From: a virus
Virus record (IMG/VR): IMGVR_UViG_3300050821_010655
Coordinates: 12,697 to 76,696 of that record
DNA: 64,000 bases
Strand: one strand, 5' to 3'
Below are positions 1-9,142 of the stretch, one piece after another. The position numbers were made by a program, and so were the translations under genes. Each line of letters starts with the position of its first letter. Position 1 is the stretch's first letter. The notes under the pieces were generated by a model, which made no database searches, was not told the DNA's origin, and was given only the letters and a program-made list of their open reading frames with translations.

Positions 1-1080
1 TTCTTGTAATTCAGAACATGCGGTTTCCAGTCTGCCAGTAAGCCGATTAATTGTGTCCTCGTTGCCTTTGCTTAGGATGGGAATTTCCCTAATTTCTGAT
101 GGCAAGAAGGATTTTTCAACAGTTGTTGGTTTTGAAAGCTGTCGCCTTAACTCCAAGATGGTTTTCTTCAGTTCACGCGGATCATTAGCCTTCTGTTCCT
201 CAATCACCACTGCTAATTTGGATTTTACCGCCTCCAAATCCACGCTGGCCCAACCTTCACTGGCAACCTTCTTCTGTAACTGAGGAGGTGCAAAAGAATC
301 GAATGTCATAAACATCGGAAAACTTAATCGCTTGGGTCCAAATCCAATCTCTGGCGACCAGACAAATGCTTCACCGCGAGCCATTCCTGCCAATGAATTC
401 AATACCTCTTTTCCTTGATCCATATCACCACAACCCTCGATCCAGTCCTGCACGGCGTCACGGTCGCTCTTGTGAATCACGCGCATGGCTACCAAGGTTT
501 CACAGGAAGTCAGGGTGTCATTATGAACTTTCTGGGGACGCTGACTGGCAATAAGGCAGACAATACCCAAGCCGCGCCCTTCTGCCATTAATCTATTTGA
601 CCAGTGAAGGCACTTGCCTGATTCAGGGTCCATTATTTTACCCTTGGGTGCGAAATTATGAAACTCGTCACCTATCAGGTAAAGTTCACCACTGTTTGCA
701 TTAAAAATACCTGCCGCAAAGTCGATCCAAAACCGTACCATGTACGAAGTCATCCAACCTCGAAATCCGATAATGCAAGGACGATTTCCGCTGGTGATTA
801 ATTCCGAGACGTGCTTGCCTGAAGTCTCGTTGATAGGAACGTCTGATGCCTTAGCCTCTTTGAAGTCCCCAAATGCAATAATCGGAAAACCAGCACCCTT
901 GCCATTAGCAGATGATTTAAGACCCCACCAGTCGCCTTTCGGGTCAATAATACAGACTCTTTTCCCGTGCGCCAAAAGATGCTCAACGATATGACGTAGA
1001 GCAGATGACTTCCCCGCTCCGGTTTTACCCAAAACAACCAAATGTTGGTCGAGTATCTTAGATGGAAATATCAAACTCAT
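1..1080 (-). CDS. HerA/FtsK-like (DUF87-type) P-loop ATPase, runs off the left edge
   Basis: Manual translation from ATG 1080 (ATGA overlap with upstream gene): MSLIFPSKILDQHLVVLGKTGAGKSS (Walker A), VCIIDPKGDWWG, LIGDEFHNFAP (Walker B), EGRGLGIVCLIASQRPQKV. Not in the ORF track because no stop lies in the window. Confidence 0.85.
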   Translation of the reverse strand, partial: MSLIFPSKILDQHLVVLGKTGAGKSSALRHIVEHLLAHGKRVCIIDPKGDWWGLKSSANGKGAGFPIIAFGDFKEAKASDVPINETSGKHVSELITSGNRPCIIGFRGWMTSYMVRFWIDFAAGIFNANSGELYLIGDEFHNFAPKGKIMDPESGKCLHWSNRLMAEGRGLGIVCLIASQRPQKVHNDTLTSCETLVAMRVIHKSDRDAVQDWIEGCGDMDQGKEVLNSLAGMARGEAFVWSPEIGFGPKRLSFPMFMTFDSFAPPQLQKKVASEGWASVDLEAVKSKLAVVIEEQKANDPRELKKTILELRRQLSKPTTVEKSFLPSEIREIPILSKGNEDTINRLTGRLETACSELQE

Positions 1081-1460
1081 TCATCCTCCTTGCGCCCGCC
1101 ATTCACCCGCCGCTTCTCGCGCACCCGGCGCTGAATCTCACGCCTCGCCCACGCGACGAGTGCCATTTCGGAAGGTTGGAACAGAGCGTGGTGTTTGCCA
1201 AGCCTGTCTTTCAACTCCTGCTTGGCCCAGTAGAGATACGAGCGAACGATGTGCTTGCACGTTGATTCTCTCAGTGATCGCCCGCCCCTGCGCCGATTTG
1301 GATTCTTGACCTTCTCGTAATCGGCACAAACGCAGCCAGCCATTCCACCATGCGCCTCCAGATCCACCAAATAGGGCGGCAAGCCCAAGGTATCGCTCGG
1401 GCAGTGAAACCGATAAGGTTCGCCCGCGATGGGCTTGGGGAGTTTGGAGCGGCGCGGCAT
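1077..1460 (-). CDS. SWIM-type zinc finger protein
   Basis: CVCADY...TCKHI matches CxC...CxH. Confidence 0.6.
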   Translation of the reverse strand: MPRRSKLPKPIAGEPYRFHCPSDTLGLPPYLVDLEAHGGMAGCVCADYEKVKNPNRRRGGRSLRESTCKHIVRSYLYWAKQELKDRLGKHHALFQPSEMALVAWARREIQRRVREKRRVNGGRKEDE

Positions 1461-1463
1461 GGC

Positions 1464-1778
1464 TTAGTCGGACACTTCACGAACGTGAATCCAGTGATAA
1501 TCAGACGGAGGTGGGTTCAGTGGTTTTCTACATGGACCACCGATTACTTCACCATTTTTTAATGATTCCATGATCCACCATTCTCTTGGTTTAGGCTTGA
1601 TGCGATATTCATAATTGCTTTGAGAAAAATCAACTATCCAATCTTTCTGAATATCTGTCCACTTGGTGTGGTTGAAATTTTTAGATTGAATTTCCTCACC
1701 ATTCGCAAATGCCTGAATTACCGGCAGCAACTCCTTGGCTCGCTCACATGTCATAAGATTAGTAGGGATCGCGTTCAT
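1464..1778 (-). CDS. hypothetical phage protein
   Basis: Packed ORF in operon; AFANGEEIQ...EYRIKP resembles a common phage hypothetical. Confidence 0.6.
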   Translation of the reverse strand: MNAIPTNLMTCERAKELLPVIQAFANGEEIQSKNFNHTKWTDIQKDWIVDFSQSNYEYRIKPKPREWWIMESLKNGEVIGGPCRKPLNPPPSDYHWIHVREVSD

Positions 1779-2241
1779 CCGCCCGCCGCTTTCTGCGTGA
1801 AGATAGGCGTTCCCTCCTACTTAGCCGCTCATCCTCACGCGGGCGACGGCGAGGCTCATCGCGATCACGCTGGCGGGGGCGATCCTCAGACTCGCCGTTG
1901 TCCTTGCCCTTGCCACCAATGAATTGAAATTGTTCCACCACTACTTTGAAGGCGCGGCGTTCTTCGCCTGATTTCTTGTCCTCCCATTTGTCCTCCTGTA
2001 ACCGCCCCTCAAAATAACCGGGATCTCCCTTCTTTTGATACTCAGCCAGAGTTTCCGCCGCTTTATCCCAAACTACCAATGGAATAAAAATGGCCTCTTC
2101 CTTGGTGTCGCCATTGCCATCTTTCCACTTGCGATTGACCGCCAGCGAGTTGTTTCCAACTGCCGTGCCCTTACCTGTAAACCTAATCTCCCAATTCCTT
2201 GCGAGATTGCCCAAAAGAATCACTCTGCATACGCCAGTCAT
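1759..2241 (-). CDS. ssb: single-stranded DNA-binding protein
   Basis: VILLGNLAR..EIRFT..G.AV...SLAVNRKWK...F...VVW...AE...Y.KKG...EGRL...W: bacterial SSB OB fold. Confidence 0.92.
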   Translation of the reverse strand: MTGVCRVILLGNLARNWEIRFTGKGTAVGNNSLAVNRKWKDGNGDTKEEAIFIPLVVWDKAAETLAEYQKKGDPGYFEGRLQEDKWEDKKSGEERRAFKVVVEQFQFIGGKGKDNGESEDRPRQRDRDEPRRRPREDERLSRRERLSSRRKRRADERDPY

Positions 2242-2265
2242 AATTAATTCCCTTTCGTTCTGTGG

Positions 2266-2700
2266 TTAATCCTCCGACGCCCCGGCATGCACTCGCGGCG
2301 GCTCCTCGACTTCCGGCTCGGGTTCGATTCCCGGCAGTTCCTTCTGGTCGGGGTCCGGGCAATCACTCTCGGCCTTCATCTTCTTGCGCTTGGCCCCATA
2401 CCCGCCGCTTACTTTGACCGTGGGCGGCGTGACGCTACGATCCGACTGCCACGCCCAAGCCACCGCCAGTTTATCTTCATTGGCGCTCGCCACCTTGTTG
2501 ATGGCGTCCCAATTCTCAACCACCAGCCCAGTTTGGAGTCTCAGGATAACCGCCATCTCCATCTGCCTCCACTCACTCTCTTCGTCAGGCAGGAGCGCCC
2601 GCACGACCGAGAGCCAGAATTGAATAGACTCGGGGTTTATGCCGTTGGATTCGGGTTGTGATTTTGCCGGTTTGGATTTCTTGTTTTTCTTTGTGCTCAT
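2266..2700 (-). CDS. hypothetical protein
   Basis: ORF track; probable start MSTKK at 2700. Confidence 0.6.
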   Translation of the reverse strand: MSTKKNKKSKPAKSQPESNGINPESIQFWLSVVRALLPDEESEWRQMEMAVILRLQTGLVVENWDAINKVASANEDKLAVAWAWQSDRSVTPPTVKVSGGYGAKRKKMKAESDCPDPDQKELPGIEPEPEVEEPPRVHAGASED

Positions 2701-2714
2701 AGTTTGTGGATTTA

Positions 2715-2837
2715 CTACATCGGAATTGTACAAGTGACTTTGTATTTTGTTTTACCGGGTAATTTATATGTGATGGATTTCGCGAAAGCTTTAGATGTTT
2801 TTTGCTTTCGTTTTGTGGTCTTTTTCTTTGTGCTCAT
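2715..2837 (-). CDS. 40-aa basic peptide
   Basis: MSTKKKTTKRKQKTSKAFAKSITYKLPGKTKYKVTCTIPM*; preceded by GAAAGG and a promoter. Confidence 0.5.
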   Translation of the reverse strand: MSTKKKTTKRKQKTSKAFAKSITYKLPGKTKYKVTCTIPM

Positions 2838-2862
2838 GTGTGCCTTTCTTTTATGTGGTTTC

Positions 2863-2896
2863 ACTATGCCCCATCGCGGGACCACCTGTCAATACA
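2863..2896 (-). promoter_or_regulatory. promoter TGTATTGACA-N18-CATAGT
   Basis: Member of a repeated motif family in this window. Confidence 0.65.
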
Positions 2897-2907
2897 TGAA
2901 TTACAAT

Positions 2908-4701
2908 TTAATCATCCGGGTATGCCCGCGCCCTGGTCGCCTTGCGCTGGCGCACCTGCGGCGGGGGTGCTGGAATGTCGGCGGGGTCGATCTTGGGTCG
3001 CTCGGTGATCATCATGCGCGAGCCGTCAAAGTTGAAATCGGTTTCCAACCCGCTCTTACCTTTGGTCATTTTCAAAATCCTGCTGTGGATAATCTGCCAG
3101 TTCTTCTCGTCCCGCCAAAAACCCAGCATGAATCCCGAACTGGATTCAATCTCGCCCGCCTCTTTGGCTGAATGAAGTCCAATCGCTTTCTCACCTTCCT
3201 TGGGTCGGGCTACCTGGCTAGTCACAATCACGATCACGTTGCGCTCTTTAGCCAACACCTTTATGTCCTCTGCAATTTGGGCGATCCGCTCGCGCCTGCC
3301 ATCACCCTTGCCTTTGACCAACTGCACGTAATCTATGCCTACCACTTTGGGTCGTTCGCCAATCTTCAACTCGCTGCGGCAAATATAATCGTCAATCTGT
3401 TCGATGGTCAGCCTCGATTTGGTGCAAACATAAAGATTGTTGAACTCCTCACGCAATGCCGCCTCTCCAATGTGCCTGCCTTCGACATACTGGCGCTCCA
3501 CATCGATGCACATCATTTGTCGGCGCATGGCCACAAACCGCTCAAACATTAAATCGTCGGGAAGTTCCAACTCAAACAAAACGGTAGGCATGGGAATAGC
3601 CGAAACGAAGATGGCCTGCGTTAGCGCGGTCTTGCAACTGCCGGTATCTCCAACCAACGTCATCACCTCTCCCGGCACCAACGGACGCACCTGCCCCCTC
3701 CATGACGGGATCATTTTAGACAGGTCCAGCGAGTAGTCAGCCAGCATGGTGGCATGGCGGGCGTAGTTCCTCTCCAACTCCCAAACCCCATAAATAGGCA
3801 GCTCCTTGCCTTTTATAAGGGGTGGTGCGGCCCCCACAATGGCTTCCAGCGAGTTTTTAGCCTCTTGGGGGGTCTTGAACGTGGCTATGTAATCAGACAC
3901 GTCCTTAACCGATTTGGGGAGGTGCAGGATTTTGACCACCTTTGCCTTGTCTGCCACCGAATCAAAGACTTGCCGGACGTGCTTCTGCCCCGGCTCGTCG
4001 TTGTCGCCGCAGATTATGATTTCCTTGCCTTCCAAGTGCTCGGAATAGCTGTCCAGCCACTTGCCTGCTCCACCTACATTGGTGGTCGCCACAAACCCCA
4101 AACCAACCAAACTGTCACAATCGCGCTCGCCTTCGGCTACAATGACCGTTGGGCTTTGATTCACTTCAGGGAGGTGGTACAAAACCCTCTCCACATTTTG
4201 CATGCTCCAGACCCACCTGTCGTCCTCGCGGTGGCGCTGACGGAAGTCTTTGGGTTTGTATCGCACCACCTGATAAACCTCCAACCCAAACACATCCTGA
4301 TACGAATAAATCTTTTCAATGTTGGAATCTTCTTCCTCTGGCGGTTTGATCTTGGTGCGGGGCGTGAACAACGATTTGATTTCAGGCTTAACCTTGGGCT
4401 TTAACTTCTCGACCGCCCGCCTGAAGAACCCTCGCGGCTCGCCATTGCCAATCTCGTGCTTCACGCAAAAATCATGGGGCGAGATATTATCCAACTTGCA
4501 CAACAGGTCGATCACACTGCCGCCACCGCAACCGGCGTAGCAGGTCCAAAGTTGTTTACTGATAGTAACGCAGAAAGAAGGCTTTCTATCGGCGTGCATC
4601 GGACAGCGAGCCATTCGCTCATTGCCGCTGCCAATCAATTTAATCCCCCGCTCGGCGCAGACCTGCTCGATGGGGTGGCGGGAGATGAAGTCCTCTCGCA
4701 T
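2908..4701 (-). CDS. primase-helicase (CHC2 Zn finger + TOPRIM + DnaB-like helicase)
   Basis: CPMHADRKPSF...CYAGCG; VAEGERD; GDNDEPG; GDTGSCKT; IDYVQL; VTSQ. Start at 4701 from TGATG overlap. Confidence 0.92.
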   Translation of the reverse strand: MREDFISRHPIEQVCAERGIKLIGSGNERMARCPMHADRKPSFCVTISKQLWTCYAGCGGGSVIDLLCKLDNISPHDFCVKHEIGNGEPRGFFRRAVEKLKPKVKPEIKSLFTPRTKIKPPEEEDSNIEKIYSYQDVFGLEVYQVVRYKPKDFRQRHREDDRWVWSMQNVERVLYHLPEVNQSPTVIVAEGERDCDSLVGLGFVATTNVGGAGKWLDSYSEHLEGKEIIICGDNDEPGQKHVRQVFDSVADKAKVVKILHLPKSVKDVSDYIATFKTPQEAKNSLEAIVGAAPPLIKGKELPIYGVWELERNYARHATMLADYSLDLSKMIPSWRGQVRPLVPGEVMTLVGDTGSCKTALTQAIFVSAIPMPTVLFELELPDDLMFERFVAMRRQMMCIDVERQYVEGRHIGEAALREEFNNLYVCTKSRLTIEQIDDYICRSELKIGERPKVVGIDYVQLVKGKGDGRRERIAQIAEDIKVLAKERNVIVIVTSQVARPKEGEKAIGLHSAKEAGEIESSSGFMLGFWRDEKNWQIIHSRILKMTKGKSGLETDFNFDGSRMMITERPKIDPADIPAPPPQVRQRKATRARAYPDD

Positions 4702-4913
4702 CACACCCTGTATTTCTCCCACTCTTTCTTGGGCAGCTTTTGCCATTGCTCAACCATTTTCCAGAATCCAGTTGGGATTGTCTTGATCGGATCGAGCGTG
4801 CGCTTGTGGACTGGTATGGGACCGCAGAAGTAATGCCACTCAAAAGTGAATCCTTGGAATCGGTAGATGTCGGTAAGGGTTACAATGCCGCCGCCAAAAT
4901 GAACGCAGGACAT
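4701..4913 (-). CDS. hypothetical protein
   Basis: Tightly packed ORF. Confidence 0.5.
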   Translation of the reverse strand: MSCVHFGGGIVTLTDIYRFQGFTFEWHYFCGPIPVHKRTLDPIKTIPTGFWKMVEQWQKLPKKEWEKYRV

Positions 4914-4914
4914 A

Positions 4915-5187
4915 TTATTTCAAATCTCCAATGCACCGCAGGATGCGCTCCTGCAAATCCTCCAACTTCCACTTGTCCAACTCGTCGCAAAACTTAGTGC
5001 CGATATAGGAACGGGCGTAGTAGATTTGGCGCAGGAGAAGAGTGGCTTCCCCTAACGCACTCTGAGCTTGTGCCCAGTTGGATTTAACGGTTTCGATGGC
5101 ATCTCTAAATCGCTTGCGGCTTTCAGGTGTGTCGTACTCCGATTTGGCTCTCCGTAACTCCATCACTGTTTCGTAAAAATCGGTCAT
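4915..5187 (-). CDS. hypothetical protein
   Basis: Tightly packed ORF. Confidence 0.55.
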   Translation of the reverse strand: MTDFYETVMELRRAKSEYDTPESRKRFRDAIETVKSNWAQAQSALGEATLLLRQIYYARSYIGTKFCDELDKWKLEDLQERILRCIGDLK

Positions 5188-5188
5188 A

Positions 5189-5431
5189 TCATTCCAAGTC
5201 TATTGGTTTAGATAAAAGCCCTTCTTTAATTCTTGCAGCAACTTTCTTGGCGCATTTCAAGCACATATCTCTGCCTACACTGGAAGAAAACCCTGCGCTT
5301 CTAAAATTTGCCAGCACTGTATGAGTGGCTTCGCAGTCGCCGCAATCAACGCACAGTCGTTCCCGTAGTGTAATAACTTCAACATCATCGGCAACAAACT
5401 GGATTTCTGGATATGGAATTTTATTTTTCAT
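5189..5431 (-). CDS. small Cys-containing hypothetical protein
   Basis: MKNKIPY start (ATGA overlap); CVDC...CLKC. Confidence 0.55.
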   Translation of the reverse strand: MKNKIPYPEIQFVADDVEVITLRERLCVDCGDCEATHTVLANFRSAGFSSSVGRDMCLKCAKKVAARIKEGLLSKPIDLE

Positions 5432-5856
5432 ATATTCTCCCCCCGCAACGCCTCGCGCTGACGGCGCGAACCCACGATAGGATCGTTGAATCGCTCTTGG
5501 TGAAAATAAGTCGCCGCGTGCGGGCAGTAGCGCAGTTCTTCGGCATCTGCGTTCTTCCACGCCTCGGCAAACTTGCTCACTTGATTAGACAAGTCGTTGG
5601 CATTGTATTTCTTCATTGCCGCTATGATCGCCCGCAGGGCAGCAGGACGAGCACACTTGCGCGGATAAATACTATATATCTTCAACGCCTGCGCTTCCAG
5701 TTTTGGATTTGAATGTCCTTCTTTTACTTTCAACTCCCTCTCAAGATACTTGGCTAGGTAGGCGCAAATGGCGTCCCAACACCGCTCGGCGTTCTTGAGC
5801 ATTGATCGGTCAATATCAATGCGCTGGAGTGCCTTGTAGATTTGTTTCTCGGTCAT
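5428..5856 (-). CDS. replisome-organiser/DnaD-like C-terminal domain protein
   Basis: YSIYPRK..R..A...YCPHAATYFHQERFND resembles the C-terminus of phage replication proteins. Confidence 0.55.
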   Translation of the reverse strand: MTEKQIYKALQRIDIDRSMLKNAERCWDAICAYLAKYLERELKVKEGHSNPKLEAQALKIYSIYPRKCARPAALRAIIAAMKKYNANDLSNQVSKFAEAWKNADAEELRYCPHAATYFHQERFNDPIVGSRRQREALRGENI

Positions 5857-5859
5857 AAA

Positions 5860-7470
5860 TCACACCTTGATAATGTTCATCTCACGCGCCTGAACGCCGT
5901 AGGGTTCGGCTTCATTATCGACCAATAAAAATTGTGATAAGGTTCCGTCCTTGACCAACTCCAGCAGCCGCCGCACAATCGCCTGCCGCTTGTTGCCCGT
6001 CCGTTGCATCTCGTCAAAGATTAGGATTTTGGCGGGACTGTTCTGGCAGAGCGAGATTTGCAGGCCGGCATAGACCAGCAGTTTTTCAGTCCCGCTAAAG
6101 ACCTCGTGGGCAATCCACCGCCCGACCGGCGCGTCCATTCCCATTTTGCGATCCTGCTCGCTCACCCGCCGTCCAAAGTCTCCGTCCTTGTATTCCAGTG
6201 GCGAGTTCAAAATGCCGTCCGTGAACTTGCGGGCGATCTTGAGCAGCGTGCCAAATGCCTTCTCGGCCAACGACTGTTGGTGTTTCTCAAGTTGGGCTTT
6301 CATGTGCTTGATCACCACCTGCTCGGCCTCGGCTTGTCCAATCTTTTCTTTGGCTTTTGTCACCGCTTCTTTGTTCTGTTGGTGGGCGGTCCATTGGGTG
6401 TGCTGCTTGTCCAACAGATCAAACTTCTCCCATGCCTCATCCTTTGCCTTTTCAAGTTTCTTTGCCTGCGGGTCGTGCGGCTTCTTGTCAAACGCCGCCA
6501 GTTTGTTCTTGGCGTCGCCCAACGCCTTGCGAGTGCCCACTAAGTCAGCTTCCACTTCTTTGCGGTTTGCGTTTTTCATTTTCAACCATGCCTTCCGCCA
6601 GTCTGTTCCTTCATTCAGACAAGTCGGGCAACGGTCGAATTTCTTCATGCGGGTGATCTCACCATCAATCTCATCAATATCGTCCTTGGCTTCCCGCACC
6701 TTCTTTTCCGCCGCGTCAACCGCTACCGCCAGTTCATTGCGCTTGGTATCCTTGGGGATTGCCGCCGCCAAATCTGCCGCTTGAGATGCCTGCCGCGCTT
6801 TCTCACGCTCGGCGCTCACGTCCTTAGGTTCGTCCTGTGTTTTGAACGCGCTTACGACTGCCGATTGAGTTTTAATTGTGTCCTTGGCTTCCTTGTCAGC
6901 CGTTTCAAGCTGGGCCATCAGGGTTTTCATCCACAGGCAAATATTCTGTTTCTGCTTATTGCGCCACTCTATTCCTTTCATCAATAAGTCATACCACTTC
7001 CTGATCGCCACTTCGTTTCCGTTCTCGGGTAATTGCATGTCCTTGAGCAATTCACTTTCGTCATATCCCATCTTTTTCAAATCCACCCGTTCCAGCACGT
7101 AGGCCAGTTGGCGCTGCCCCGTCAGTTTGAAATACTCGTTAATGTCCATCATCACGTCAGGGAATCCAACTTGCAGGTCCATGCTCTTGCTATACCGCCC
7201 GTCGCTGTCGCGGCTGATCGTCACGCTATTGGTCATGCCGTTGTCAAAGGTCAGGCGGCAAAACAATTCCTTGTCGTCCGAACAAGGCTTGAATGTCGCG
7301 CTGTGCTCTTTACCTAGCGAGGCGATAACGCCATACATGCCTAATCTCAAGGCGCTGCCGATGGCGCTCTTGCCAGAAAACGGGTTGCCTACTATGAGGT
7401 TGGCCGATTGAAGACTGAGTTTGAGGTTGCGCCCCTGCCAAGAGGGGCATTTAAGTTCGGTAATGGTCAC
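5860..7470 (-). CDS. Rad50/SbcC-like ABC ATPase with zinc hook
   Basis: Walker A GNPFSGKS, coiled coils, central CPTC, signature FSGTE, Walker B ILIFDE; GTG start 7470 after GAAAGG. Confidence 0.85.
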   Translation of the reverse strand: MTITELKCPSWQGRNLKLSLQSANLIVGNPFSGKSAIGSALRLGMYGVIASLGKEHSATFKPCSDDKELFCRLTFDNGMTNSVTISRDSDGRYSKSMDLQVGFPDVMMDINEYFKLTGQRQLAYVLERVDLKKMGYDESELLKDMQLPENGNEVAIRKWYDLLMKGIEWRNKQKQNICLWMKTLMAQLETADKEAKDTIKTQSAVVSAFKTQDEPKDVSAEREKARQASQAADLAAAIPKDTKRNELAVAVDAAEKKVREAKDDIDEIDGEITRMKKFDRCPTCLNEGTDWRKAWLKMKNANRKEVEADLVGTRKALGDAKNKLAAFDKKPHDPQAKKLEKAKDEAWEKFDLLDKQHTQWTAHQQNKEAVTKAKEKIGQAEAEQVVIKHMKAQLEKHQQSLAEKAFGTLLKIARKFTDGILNSPLEYKDGDFGRRVSEQDRKMGMDAPVGRWIAHEVFSGTEKLLVYAGLQISLCQNSPAKILIFDEMQRTGNKRQAIVRRLLELVKDGTLSQFLLVDNEAEPYGVQAREMNIIKV

Positions 7471-7688
7471 TGCGGTCCTTTCGTTTTGTGGTTTGCGACG
7501 AATTGAGCAACGGCCCAACGCCGCTCAAATTGTTCTTTATAATGACCTGACAGTTCCGGGAGATAAGGAACCGCCTTCGACGCGGCAGCACAACTTCCGC
7601 AAGTGCATTCAATGGAATGCACCGAAACTTCACAGCACAGCCACATGGCAGCTTCGGTCAGCACTTTAAGTTTGTCATCTGTGTTCAT
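7467..7688 (-). CDS. hypothetical protein
   Basis: ORF with GTGA overlap to the next gene. Confidence 0.4.
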   Translation of the reverse strand: MNTDDKLKVLTEAAMWLCCEVSVHSIECTCGSCAAASKAVPYLPELSGHYKEQFERRWAVAQFVANHKTKGPQ

Positions 7689-7992
7689 AATTTTACCAAA
7701 GTTTGGCCGCAAACCCCGAGGCGTTCGTGCTGCCCTTGCTTAAGTTCGTGCCCGCCCATTGCTGAAAGTTACGCACGTCCGCCAGCAGCGTGTCCCAGGC
7801 TGACGCGCCGTGCAAGTTGGACACCATGAGTACAGCATCCATGACATCCATCCCCAAGCACAATCATGGTCGCTATACCTAGCGAGATAAAAAAATAAGT
7901 CAGCAGGCCATCTTTTCATTTTCTTCTTTTCCATTCAATTTTACTCCAGTTGAAACTGCCAGAGCATGTCTGATCAGTAAATGGCAGGCAGG

Positions 7993-8784
7993 CTATCTTT
8001 TGGATCGACCTTGTTTCTCGGGTTCCGGTTCTTCCTCGATGGGATCACACGGCAGATCGTCGGCGTAGCTGTGAGTGTCGGCATAAGGCTGGGCGTTCAT
8101 CGCAATAAACAACGTGCTGACCAACGCCTGAAACCATTCCGGCCCGATAGAGATGTCTTTCAAGTCCGGGTTTTCGTCCATGCACCGCTGGCCAATACTC
8201 GCCGCCGTCTTGAAGCACATGCAATAGAGGTTTTCCAACTGTCCAAGCCGATCTAGTGCGTCGTCTACGCCATTATCGCTCTCTTGCTTATGGCTTCTGG
8301 ATTCTTCACGTTCACTGCGGTCATCCTCACGTTCTCGACGGCGTGGGCGTTCTTCGGGTTCATCTGCTTCTGGCTCGTCCTCGCGTTGTCGGCGTCTAGG
8401 CTTTTCGTCCTCATCTTCATCGGTTGTGGCCGCGCCATTCACCACCTCAGCACTCTTGCTCACCTCCAGAATGCGCGTCACCTTGTCCTTGTATTCGTCG
8501 TCGCGGGCGAGCAAGCCATCGAGTTTGTTTCTCTTGTCTCGCGTGGCGACAAAATTGAATTCCTTGCCTTTGTCCTTGTCGGAGATGCGATCATGATCCC
8601 AGATCTTCACCTTTATCTCGTTGCCAGCGCGATCCTTCATCATTAGAATCTGAATCGACCCGTCGCTATTCTTGCCCACGCCGTCTTTCCAAGTGAAGAA
8701 TTGGGTGACCTTCCCGCGAAACGCCTTTACGATGTCACCGTCCTCTAAATCTTTTATGTCTTGAACTGTGAATACCTGCGGCAT
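7993..8784 (-). CDS. OB-fold (RPA-like) ssDNA-binding protein with acidic linker
   Basis: IKDLEDG..V..FRGKV...G.I..L.MKD.AGNEIKVKIWD resembles RPA-type OB folds; RBS GAAAGGA. Confidence 0.55.
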   Translation of the reverse strand: MPQVFTVQDIKDLEDGDIVKAFRGKVTQFFTWKDGVGKNSDGSIQILMMKDRAGNEIKVKIWDHDRISDKDKGKEFNFVATRDKRNKLDGLLARDDEYKDKVTRILEVSKSAEVVNGAATTDEDEDEKPRRRQREDEPEADEPEERPRRREREDDRSEREESRSHKQESDNGVDDALDRLGQLENLYCMCFKTAASIGQRCMDENPDLKDISIGPEWFQALVSTLFIAMNAQPYADTHSYADDLPCDPIEEEPEPEKQGRSKR

Positions 8785-8825
8785 TTGATTTCCTTTCGTT
8801 CTGTGGTTTGTGAATTTTTTCTAAA

Positions 8826-8867
8826 AGTTAAAGAGGGGGCGGTTGCTTATCACGCAAGCCCGCCCCC
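8826..8867 (-). terminator. GC hairpin followed by a U-rich tail; probable 3' end of the ncRNA
   Basis: GGGGGCGG...CCGCCCCC followed by TCTTTAACT on the minus strand. Confidence 0.65.
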
Positions 8868-9142
8868 AAGGTTAAAACGACGCCTTTTAGCTGTGTTCCA
8901 CAGATCGCCTGACACATCTTGAACCTAATCACAACGCCTTACCCCTAGACCACCCCGCCACATGGAGGCGGGGACGGGAATTGAACCCGCGTCTTTGCTT
9001 TGGGTTGTACCATCGATCCGTTTCACTTGTCGTTTCGTTTCTAAGCCTTCGGGTGAAAACTTAAGCCTTTATCCAGTGATCTTAAGTCTGACCTTGAGCC
9101 TTGGATGGGCTTTTCGCCAAAGCTACTAAGCCCCACCCGAAA
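8830..9142 (-). ncRNA. structured ncRNA with a permuted tRNA-like domain (Y-RNA/YrlA-like topology)
   Basis: T arm GCGGG-TTCAATT-CCCGT (8990-8974), acceptor CCCCGCC-TCCATGT-GGCGGGG (8973-8953), D arm GTCT-AGGGGTA-AGGC (8950-8936); enclosing helices CGGATCG/CGATCTG and AAACGAC/GTCGTTT; 5' domain closed by TTCGGGTG/CACCCGAA. Confidence 0.75.

Noticed and set aside
7690-7990. Small CDS (7740-7934 or an alternative frame)
   Set aside because: Several short competing frames and no motif to choose among them.
8931-8998. Canonical tRNA gene
   Set aside because: The T arm and CCA precede the D arm and there is no anticodon loop.
8830-9142. Standard two-piece tmRNA
   Set aside because: It has a paired D stem, lacks the G3-U70 alanine identity pair, has a U discriminator, and shows no evident tag reading frame.
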